From positions 1 through 48,018 of the IMG/VR virus record IMGVR_UViG_3300037722_000305: 48,018 nucleotides of DNA, one strand, 5' to 3'. Both the position numbers and the translations under genes were made by a program. This stretch comes from a virus. Its lineage: Duplodnaviria; Caudoviricetes. This document shows, piece by piece, positions 1 through 7,694 of the stretch. Position 1 is the first letter of the stretch; each line of letters opens with the position of its first letter. The notes below the pieces were generated by a model, which worked only from the letters and a program-made list of their open reading frames with translations, ran no database searches and was not told where the DNA came from.

Positions 1-70
1 ATTAAATGGGTTGCATCTCTAAATAAAACAACTCATATTTTTTACGCAGATGAATACACAGGGGTATAAA

Positions 71-571
71 ATGGGTCTCGCTAAAACACGGATGGAACGA
101 TTACAAGCAATCAAAATCCTGTTGCTTGAAAATGGTGGTATGCACTATAGCGATTTGATGAAAATACTAGGTGTGCATATGGCAACTATTTTCCGCGATT
201 TGGATGAATTAAATGCGTGGACAAATGGTAACGGGTTTTGGGAATACACACCAACAGAGAGCGATTTTAGATTTTCGCACTTTGTAATGGTGCATGGACG
301 TAAAGTTAGATGGAATGGCGTTGAATATAAAAGCATAAATGAGGCGGCAAAAGCATTAGGTATATCGCCGGGAACGATGTCTGATCGTATCAAAAAAGGA
401 TATACTTCCGACGACCATGTTTCTAACGTGGGAGGGAGTGTACCTTGCTCGTGGAACGGGATTGAATATTCGTCCATGACAGATGCGGCAAACGCTTTAG
501 GTATCGATGTTAGTTCGTTGCGTTATCGCATCCAGAGGGGGTATACCTGTGATGATGATTTAAGAAAATAA
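71..571 (+). CDS. DNA-binding protein: N-terminal DeoR/HTH_11-like winged helix plus two NUMOD1-like repeats
   Basis: LMKILGVHMATIFRDLDEL HTH, then two copies of WNG[VI]EY.S..[ED]AA.ALGI....[ML]..RI..GYT.DD. ATG71 follows the stop (67-69) of the junction-spanning ORF; the ORF track starts at 50. Confidence 0.6.
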   Translation: MGLAKTRMERLQAIKILLLENGGMHYSDLMKILGVHMATIFRDLDELNAWTNGNGFWEYTPTESDFRFSHFVMVHGRKVRWNGVEYKSINEAAKALGISPGTMSDRIKKGYTSDDHVSNVGGSVPCSWNGIEYSSMTDAANALGIDVSSLRYRIQRGYTCDDDLRK

Positions 572-681
572 ATCCGTAGGGTCTGATAATCGCCATTCTG
601 AGAATGGCATATCACAAAACATTATCTGGCGATACACTCCTACTGATGAGGACATCAGGATTGCCAAACTGATTATCCCCT

Positions 682-701
682 AGCCCTACGGGGCTTTTTT
701 T
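682..701 (+). terminator. Intrinsic terminator
   Basis: AGCCC-TACG-GGGCT followed by a T run. Confidence 0.7.
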
Positions 702-754
702 ATCCCTACTTATCCCAAGCCCATTTGCGATATATTGATATGTTGATACTCTGA

Positions 755-783
755 TTGCGCCTATCAACGATGTATACTATACT
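755..783 (+). promoter_or_regulatory. Sigma70-like promoter
   Basis: TTGCGC-17 bp-TATACT upstream of RBS AGGAG; same -35 hexamer as the promoter at 37190. Confidence 0.5.
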
Positions 784-814
784 GATAGGTGAGATGACAG
801 CATAGGAGACGACA

Positions 815-1564
815 TTGAACCGATACCAGCAAATCATACAGGACGCGGAGGCAGAGATACAGAAGAAACGGGAGCGCCTGTCTCCCCGTTGGAATAATAT
901 TTTGAGATACCTACCCTATGAGGACTTATTCACACCTGCGGGGCGATTGCGGTCTAAGGGGTCAATCAAACGGCGTGGCTCAAAACTATTTAAGAGTGCG
1001 TGGTCTACCGAGCATCTATCCTACAATTACGATATTGAAGCCGCGTTATCGCCTACGTTCGGACGCGATGTGGAACGCGATACATTTATTGGGATGCTAG
1101 AAGATGCGCTCAAGAATTACCATGTTTCGCCGCTCACACGGTCGCAACAAGAAACGGTTGTCTTAGACCGTATGGCAAAAGAAACGAATATGGCATCAAC
1201 TCAGTTAATTAGCAATGTCCTGAGTATCACGTTACAGGGCGCAAAGCAACGATTAGCAGGGGCGCGAGCAAAAACGTATACCTTAGATGACGATTTTGAT
1301 ATAATAGAGATAAGTAAGGCAATGCAAGAAACACCGCGTTATTGCCCATTCTGCGTTGAACAATCCCGATTGACACGCATACCCGTTCCTACCCGCCCGA
1401 TGTGTTGGGCGCATCACGATAGGTTTATCCGTCGTCAAGATTTTGGCAGGTATCCGAAGAAAGACTTTGAGCAACTTGTCATGCAATCGACAAAAGATTA
1501 CTGGCAGGATGTTCGCAACACGATTGATGAACATCGTCGGGATAGCGATAGCCACGCGGCGTAA
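815..1564 (+). CDS. Hypothetical protein, possible late-gene regulator (HTH-like segment, CxxC...C..H zinc motif)
   Basis: 249-aa ORF with RBS and TTG start; CPFC and CWAH motifs; lies just before the late operon. Confidence 0.45.
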   Translation: MNRYQQIIQDAEAEIQKKRERLSPRWNNILRYLPYEDLFTPAGRLRSKGSIKRRGSKLFKSAWSTEHLSYNYDIEAALSPTFGRDVERDTFIGMLEDALKNYHVSPLTRSQQETVVLDRMAKETNMASTQLISNVLSITLQGAKQRLAGARAKTYTLDDDFDIIEISKAMQETPRYCPFCVEQSRLTRIPVPTRPMCWAHHDRFIRRQDFGRYPKKDFEQLVMQSTKDYWQDVRNTIDEHRRDSDSHAA

Positions 1565-1581
1565 CGCAGTGCAGTACATAT

Positions 1582-1643
1582 GCGAGTAGCCCATTTCATC
1601 CACCCACATGTAGGGGCTACGGGTGCAAATCCCGATACTCGCT
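1582..1643 (+). ncRNA. tRNA-like element (acceptor stem and T-arm, no D-arm)
   Basis: GCGAGTA(1582-88)/TACTCGC(1636-42) 7-bp stem; GCCC/GGGC stem; CGGG-TGCAAAT-CCCG T-arm. Confidence 0.5.
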
Positions 1644-1673
1644 CTCGTATCTGAAACTCGGTTCATCTGAGAT

Positions 1674-1802
1674 AGTAGGATACATCCGGCGTGGTTGAGC
1701 CTATCAACTGTAGGGCAAGTCAGCGCTCTGGAATGGCTCTTGCCCGAAACACGTTCCAGATGTGGCGTGTGACAAGATAGCACGGGGGTTCGCGCACCTA
1801 CT
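1674..1802 (+). ncRNA. Structured RNA with multi-way junction and kissing loops
   Basis: AGTAGG/CCTACT, CTATC/GATAG, GGGCAAG/CTTGCCC and ACACG/CGTGT stems; loops TCTGGAA and TTCCAGA are complementary. Confidence 0.5.
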
Positions 1803-1895
1803 TATAAAAGTGCAACTGTTAACCATAACAACGGGGCGCAATTCTACTCTCTCTGAATTACAATGCGCCCCTCCCCTGCTATGAATGAGGCTCGA

Positions 1896-2636
1896 ATGAA
1901 GCTATCTCAGAAGGTTGTGTTGTTTTACAATAATCAACAAGGCGGTACACCTGCGGAGCAATACGCCGCGTCTGTGCTTGCTACATCGCCGGTAGCCTAT
2001 TGGAAGCTGAACGAAGGTTCAGGCAGTGCCATTGTCGATAGTAGCGGCAATGGCTACGACGGGTCATATACGGGCGTGACGTGGGACGGTGAGACATTTC
2101 TCGGTCAACCTGTGCCGTTCTGGGACGGTGCGAACGATTACGGCGATGTGTATAGCGCAGGTCTACAGTCTGCCTTCGATTTTGATGAAGGTTGTGTCTT
2201 AATTTGGGTTAAGGTTGCTAACGCGGGTGTCTGGACTGATAGCACATCGCGCTACTTCTTCAATCTTTTCGCTGATGCGGATAATCGAATTTTGGCAACA
2301 CGCGCTTCTAGCGACAACCAACTTCAGATATTACGTTCTGGGGACGGCACATTATCATCATTTTTGGTAAATAGTTTGTCGTATGCAGATTGGTTTAGCG
2401 TACTCCTCAGCTGGTCTGTAGCAAATGACGAAAGTGAACTGTATATTAATGGTGTTCAATCTGGTAGTACGCTAACAGGCTTGGTTGCGGCAAGTAACAC
2501 AACATTTAATACATCGCGTGTGACAATTGGTGCGCTTAGTACAACGCCTTCGCTCGTGATGCACGGCTACTTAGCCCAGTACGCAGTGTGGGATAGCCCT
2601 GTGGACGCTTCGAAATTAGCGTTAGCGACGGTGTAA
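1896..2636 (+). CDS. LamG/concanavalin A-like lectin domain protein
   Basis: PVAYWKLNEGSG...DSSGNG.DG, W..V..SW...LYINGV and IGA motifs typical of the LamG-like jelly roll; RBS GAGG before ATG1896. Confidence 0.75.
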   Translation: MKLSQKVVLFYNNQQGGTPAEQYAASVLATSPVAYWKLNEGSGSAIVDSSGNGYDGSYTGVTWDGETFLGQPVPFWDGANDYGDVYSAGLQSAFDFDEGCVLIWVKVANAGVWTDSTSRYFFNLFADADNRILATRASSDNQLQILRSGDGTLSSFLVNSLSYADWFSVLLSWSVANDESELYINGVQSGSTLTGLVAASNTTFNTSRVTIGALSTTPSLVMHGYLAQYAVWDSPVDASKLALATV

Positions 2637-2638
2637 TC

Positions 2639-3076
2639 ATGGCAAATATTCACACATATATCGGCATTGAAAACCTGAACCTGACGAACAACCAGCGCAA
2701 TCAATTGGTTGCTACCATTCAGGCGCTTGGCGCGGCTAACAACAGCGTGCAACCTGCGGAGCGTAATCATTGGAGAGTGCGACCCGATAACGATGCGGCA
2801 ATCTTTGAAGCATTGTTTGATGAGGATACGATTACGATTGATAGCATCAAGCAATTCCTAGCCAACATTTTCGGGATAGCCGTTGGGACAATCAATCATG
2901 CCACGCAACAAACACAGTATGGCTTACTGGCAACGTTTAGCCGCAACGGGACGGATTACGTGCGCTTGATAAGTTTTGGTCATGATGGCGACTGGTCAAC
3001 ATGGCAAGAGAGCAACGCGGCGGTTCGGGATTATCTCAGCGATAATGCAGTGGCATGGGGTGATGTTGATGAGTAG
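2639..3076 (+). CDS. Hypothetical protein
   Basis: 145-aa ORF tightly coupled to its neighbours. Confidence 0.6.
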   Translation: MANIHTYIGIENLNLTNNQRNQLVATIQALGAANNSVQPAERNHWRVRPDNDAAIFEALFDEDTITIDSIKQFLANIFGIAVGTINHATQQTQYGLLATFSRNGTDYVRLISFGHDGDWSTWQESNAAVRDYLSDNAVAWGDVDE

Positions 3077-3479
3077 ATTAGGTGGTGACAGTCCTCCGAA
3101 TTGGCTGTTTGTACTGGCACTCATTGGCTTGATTATCCTTGCCTCTATCGCGTACAGGTCACAAGCGCAGATAGCACAATCCGATACACATTACATGCTG
3201 CTGTACAGGGCTTCAAATGGATTGCACTTCGATTGTGTTGATGAGTATCCATACAATGATGTACGCCGCATGGAGTGGAATAGCACCGATGGCTTTATTG
3301 AAGTCACTGACTTTAGACACTATCTATCCATCGTTGCTGTCAGCGAGTGCAATATCGACAATGTGTACACAACCGAAAACAACGGTACATTCGTTTGGCG
3401 GATGACCAACAGAGAGTGCGAACGGAATGTTTGCGCCGCACACGTCAATCGCGGTGCATTTTGGATAGAAGCAAAGTAG
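3069..3479 (+). CDS. Hypothetical membrane-anchored or secreted protein
   Basis: N-terminal hydrophobic helix WLFVLALIGLIILASIAY; ATG overlaps the upstream gene end. Confidence 0.55.
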   Translation: MSRLGGDSPPNWLFVLALIGLIILASIAYRSQAQIAQSDTHYMLLYRASNGLHFDCVDEYPYNDVRRMEWNSTDGFIEVTDFRHYLSIVAVSECNIDNVYTTENNGTFVWRMTNRECERNVCAAHVNRGAFWIEAK

Positions 3480-3521
3480 CGTGTTGTTGATTATGGTTGA
3501 TGAGAATAGCGAGGGGGTTGC

Positions 3522-4772
3522 ATGAGCGAGAATAAATTTAGTCACCTACAGAGAGCCTTACGCTCAAGGCGAATTTATACCCACCCTGAAACGGGCGACC
3601 CATTACCCAACCAAGTGCGTGCTGATGAATTATGCCCTCATCCGAACAATCCCAAAATCCATCCTGAAAAGCAACACCAAGCCGTAGCGGGGAGCTTGGA
3701 TACACTCGGTCAAATCGACCCACTCAAAATCAATATCCGAAACGGGTATCTGGTGGATGGTCACGAGCGGGCATGGTTAGCGTTGGGCTATGCTGATGAT
3801 ACGATGGTGGATGTTATTTTTGTTGACCTATCCGAAGCAGAACACAAACTCGCATTGTCGGTTTATGACGAAACGCGGTCTTATGCCTATGACCGCGAGG
3901 CACTCGATAGCTTGCTTCGTGAAGTCAAGGTTGATGACGCGCGGTTGCAGACGATGTTGAGTGAGATGGCGAGTAGTCAGGGGTTGACTTACGGACAAAA
4001 CAAAAACTTATTTGAAAATGATACCGTCGATATCGATAAAGCCGGAGATTTATTAAAAAATAAATGGGATGTACAGGAAGGCGATATTTGGGTCATCCCA
4101 TCGCAAACAGCCACCTACCCACACCGTCTCATGTGTGGCGATAGTCTCAGTTTCACCCATCGGGATACCCTACTAGATGGACTTACAGAGTATTGTTTTT
4201 TCTCAGACCCGATGTACCAAGACCATATCATCAAGGAATTGAGTATGGTATGGGACTTCACCCATACGGTATTTTTGACAGGTGGGAAGATGTTACGTGA
4301 AGTGCTTGACATTATTCCCACGTGGTCAGACGGTGCAATTGTTCCCGATGTAGATGCCGATACCTTCGAGAAGGGCATTCTCTTGAATGTAAAAACGGGC
4401 GTACAAAAAGGAAATTATAAACGTCCGCAATATATCCATCGGAATATCATTTGGGTATCGCCAACAATCAATTTTGGGCCCGGTTACAATTCTGTTATCA
4501 GGTCATCAGAGGGCGCACGTATCAAACATGGCGGGGTCTACCACTATTACGCGAAAGCCGTTGATGCAATCGAAATGGTTCTTAAACCATTTCAACAGGA
4601 TGTTATTGTAGACGGTTTCGCAGGGGCAGGAACAAGCTTCTTATCATGTGAACGCCTGAACAAAACCTGCTACGGAATGGAACTTGACCCTCTGTATTGC
4701 GCGTGTATTCTGGAAAGGTTAGAAAGCCTTAATTTCAAACCCGAAAGACTAGTATCTCACTCGGTATTATGA
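3522..4772 (+). CDS. ParB/Srx-like domain fused to an N6/N4 DNA methyltransferase-like domain
   Basis: HPNNPKIH and LVDGHER (ParB-N); HRLMCGDS, FSDPMY (motif IV variant), IVDGFAGAGT (motif I), CYGMELDP.YC. Confidence 0.8.
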   Translation: MSENKFSHLQRALRSRRIYTHPETGDPLPNQVRADELCPHPNNPKIHPEKQHQAVAGSLDTLGQIDPLKINIRNGYLVDGHERAWLALGYADDTMVDVIFVDLSEAEHKLALSVYDETRSYAYDREALDSLLREVKVDDARLQTMLSEMASSQGLTYGQNKNLFENDTVDIDKAGDLLKNKWDVQEGDIWVIPSQTATYPHRLMCGDSLSFTHRDTLLDGLTEYCFFSDPMYQDHIIKELSMVWDFTHTVFLTGGKMLREVLDIIPTWSDGAIVPDVDADTFEKGILLNVKTGVQKGNYKRPQYIHRNIIWVSPTINFGPGYNSVIRSSEGARIKHGGVYHYYAKAVDAIEMVLKPFQQDVIVDGFAGAGTSFLSCERLNKTCYGMELDPLYCACILERLESLNFKPERLVSHSVL

Positions 4773-4778
4773 TATAAT
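4770..4778 (+). promoter_or_regulatory. Extended -10 promoter for the Gp37Gp68 gene
   Basis: TG-A-TATAAT about 30 nt upstream of AGGAG RBS and ATG4808. Confidence 0.5.
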
Positions 4779-4807
4779 AGTAGTATCGAAAAATAGGAGA
4801 TATTAAT

Positions 4808-5602
4808 ATGCAAGAAAGCCTGATTAGTTGGACAAAAGTAACTTGGAACCCGGTTCACGGATGTTCTGTTGTGAGCGAAGGTTGTCGCAATTGTTACGCG
4901 GCGACACTCAGTCTGCGCTATGGTCATACGACAAAAGCGTGGATTGGCAAGAACGCGGCAGAAAACGTCATGCTCAAACCGCACAAACTGCGCGAACCCT
5001 ATCGACTTAAAGAGCCGTCCAAAGTGTTCGTGAATAGTATGAGCGACTTGTTTCATGAACAAGTCGCCGATGAATACATCAAGAAAGTTTTTGATGTGAT
5101 GTACGACCTGCCTCAGCACACATTCCAAGTCCTGACAAAGCGTCCCGAACGGGCGGCAGAGTGGGATTATAAGTGGCAATTTAATATCCAGATTGGTACA
5201 TCGGTTGAAGATGCGCGGGTCAAGCATCGGATTGATACCATTCGCCAGTCAAAGGCGCTCATTAAATTCATCAGCTTTGAACCCCTTATCGCGGATATGG
5301 GCGAATTGGATTTGACGGGTATCCAATGGGCGATAGTCGGCGGCGAGAGCGGGCAGGGCTATCGTGAGATGAAACACGAATGGGCGCGTAATGTCCGTGA
5401 TTCGTGTCTGAAATACGATACAGCGTTTTTCTTTAAGCAGTCATCCGCATTCGTTACGGAGCGCGGAACGGCACTTCAACATGAAGATGGGACGTTCTGG
5501 CGCTGGGAGCAATTCCCCTTTGACCGGACACCGCCTATCAAAATTGAGGATATTCAACAAATCAAGCCCTTGCCGTGGCAACGAGACGCGGCGATTGCAT
5601 AA
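4808..5602 (+). CDS. Phage Gp37Gp68 family (DUF5131) radical SAM-like protein
   Basis: TWNPVHGCSVVSEGCRNCYA, FVNSMSDLFH, FQVLTKRPER, SFEPL, WAIVGGESG, FFFKQ. Confidence 0.9.
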   Translation: MQESLISWTKVTWNPVHGCSVVSEGCRNCYAATLSLRYGHTTKAWIGKNAAENVMLKPHKLREPYRLKEPSKVFVNSMSDLFHEQVADEYIKKVFDVMYDLPQHTFQVLTKRPERAAEWDYKWQFNIQIGTSVEDARVKHRIDTIRQSKALIKFISFEPLIADMGELDLTGIQWAIVGGESGQGYREMKHEWARNVRDSCLKYDTAFFFKQSSAFVTERGTALQHEDGTFWRWEQFPFDRTPPIKIEDIQQIKPLPWQRDAAIA

Positions 5603-5609
5603 GTAAGCG

Positions 5610-5638
5610 AACGGCACGAAATGTGCCGTTTTTGTTTT
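5610..5638 (+). terminator. Intrinsic terminator
   Basis: AACGGCAC-GAAAT-GTGCCGTT followed by TTTGTTTT. Confidence 0.7.
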
Positions 5639-5653
5639 AAAGGACACACCATC

Positions 5654-6271
5654 ATCGCCAGACCAACCAAACTCAATTCTGAATTACAAAAACAAGTCAT
5701 AGACCGTCTCGCCGCAGGGAGTACGATTAAAGCGACCTGTGATAGCGTGGGGATAGCTGAGCGTACCTATTATCAATGGGTTGCTTGCGGTGAGGCTTTT
5801 CTTGCAGGTGAAGACCATGCGAAAATGCCGCGTCTGATTGCAGACCGTGAGGCTTTAGCGCAGTTTTCGCAGGAAGTCACGCGCGCACAAGCCGATGGCA
5901 TGATACAAGCCGCTATTCGTTTTCGGGCTGGCATGAACCCGAGCGAGAGTGAAACGGTTACAACGGAGACGGTTACGGAAACGAAAATTCGCACGATTAA
6001 GCATCCAGATGGTACGATTGAACAAGTCCCCTATGAGGTGGTCAAGACGACAACACGCCAGTCCATTACGCACAATCCCGGCGACTGGCGTGCAGCGATG
6101 GAATACCTTGCGCGGCGCGACCCTGAGAATTGGGCGCGGAGTGCAGCTCAGAAGCATGAGGTCACGGGCGCAGACGGTGGGGCGATACACACCGAAACAA
6201 CTCACAAATTTGAGACCATGAGCGACGATGAATTACGTAGCCTTATCACCAAGCGCACAAGCGGAGATTGA
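5654..6271 (+). CDS. terS: Terminase small subunit (HTH); start possibly the non-canonical ATC
   Basis: ARPTKL N-terminus, HTH (CDSVGIAERTYYQW), DWRAAMEYLARR.P..W, HEVTGADGGAI; directly upstream of terL. The ORF track starts at 5621. Confidence 0.75.
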   Translation: MARPTKLNSELQKQVIDRLAAGSTIKATCDSVGIAERTYYQWVACGEAFLAGEDHAKMPRLIADREALAQFSQEVTRAQADGMIQAAIRFRAGMNPSESETVTTETVTETKIRTIKHPDGTIEQVPYEVVKTTTRQSITHNPGDWRAAMEYLARRDPENWARSAAQKHEVTGADGGAIHTETTHKFETMSDDELRSLITKRTSGD

Positions 6272-7694
6272 GTTAGCGCGACGGGAATTGGCGCGGCGGT
6301 CACTCTTAGATTTTACGACCTACACCTTCCCCGATTATGAGGTCAACTGGCATCACGAATTATTGTGCCAGTACCTAGACCGCTTCATTGCAGGTGATAT
6401 TAAGCGCCTGTTGGTTTCCATGCCACCACGACACGGAAAAAGCGAGCAAGTCTCAAGACGGTTGCCAGCCTACATTCTAGGGCGTAATCCGGATGCTGAG
6501 GTCATGGCAGCAAGTTATAGCGCGGATTTATCACGGCGCTTCAATCGTGATGTCCAACGCATTATTGATAGTGAACGCTATGATAAAGTATTTCCCGAAA
6601 CGAAAATCGGCGGTGCAAACATTCGTACCGTCGCACAAGGTACATGGTTACGCAATGCCGATATTTTCGAGATTGTGAACCGTCGTGGTGTGTATAAGTG
6701 CGCGGGTGTTGGTGGTGGGTTAGCAGGTATGGGGTTCAATTACGGAATTATTGACGACCCCGTGAAGGATGCCAAGCAAGCGAATAGCGAGACTGTCCGG
6801 CAGTCGATATGGGAATGGTATAGCGATGTATTCTGGACGCGGCAAGCACCCGATGCGGGTATCTTGCTCACAATGACGCGCTGGAATATGGATGATTTAG
6901 CCGGACGCATTGTTGAGACGCTATCGCAAGATGATAGCGAAGAATGGGTTATCCTGACACTACCTGCCCTACTCGACAATGATACCACAAAGCACCCTGA
7001 TGACCCACGCGAAATAGGTGAGCCGCTATGGGAAAGCCGTTATCCGGTAGAATTCCTTGAAAAGGCACGGGCGCAGAATAGTTATTCATTTGCGGCATTG
7101 TATCAGCAAAACCCTATACCACATGGGGAAAACATATTCGATACAAGCCAGATTGAGATTATAGACCACGAACCCGCCTGCACCGATATTGTCCGCTTCT
7201 ATGACCTTGCCGTGACTGCTAAGAAGCATAGCGACTATACGGCTGGCGTGAAGCTAGGGATTACAAAACGCGAGGATATTATCATCTTGGATGTGTATCG
7301 TGCTCAAAAGAAAATGCCGGACATTGAACGTGATATTGCACAAAACGCGGCGATGGATGGCAAGGGCGTAACCATTCGACTAGAAGCTGAAAAAGCGGGA
7401 ATAGTACAATTGGATTATTTATTAGAACGTCCTGATATGCGCGGCTATACGATTGATAAGAAACCGCCTATCGGGGATAAGTACACACGAGCGCAACCCT
7501 TCGCTAGTCGAGTGAATGCCGGAAAGGTCAAGATGATTAAAGCCCATTGGAACAAAATCTACCTTGACGAATTAGCCGTTTTCCCACTTGGTGCAAATGA
7601 CGACCAAGTAGACGCAAGCTCCGGCGCGTATGATATGACCATCAATATCAGTCACACCGAAATTATAGACGTACCGAATATCTTTGGACGCTAA
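6228..7694 (+). CDS. terL: Terminase large subunit (Terminase_6 type)
   Basis: MPPRHGKS Walker A, IIDDPVK Walker B, MTRW..DDL.G, ALYQQ.P, YDLA, NDDQVDA nuclease motif. Confidence 0.95.
   Translation: MNYVALSPSAQAEIELARRELARRSLLDFTTYTFPDYEVNWHHELLCQYLDRFIAGDIKRLLVSMPPRHGKSEQVSRRLPAYILGRNPDAEVMAASYSADLSRRFNRDVQRIIDSERYDKVFPETKIGGANIRTVAQGTWLRNADIFEIVNRRGVYKCAGVGGGLAGMGFNYGIIDDPVKDAKQANSETVRQSIWEWYSDVFWTRQAPDAGILLTMTRWNMDDLAGRIVETLSQDDSEEWVILTLPALLDNDTTKHPDDPREIGEPLWESRYPVEFLEKARAQNSYSFAALYQQNPIPHGENIFDTSQIEIIDHEPACTDIVRFYDLAVTAKKHSDYTAGVKLGITKREDIIILDVYRAQKKMPDIERDIAQNAAMDGKGVTIRLEAEKAGIVQLDYLLERPDMRGYTIDKKPPIGDKYTRAQPFASRVNAGKVKMIKAHWNKIYLDELAVFPLGANDDQVDASSGAYDMTINISHTEIIDVPNIFGR

Noticed and set aside
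643-660. CTGATGAG hammerhead ribozyme core
   Set aside because: CTGATG pairs with CATCAG in a hairpin, and no GAAA follows a stem II, so it is not a hammerhead.
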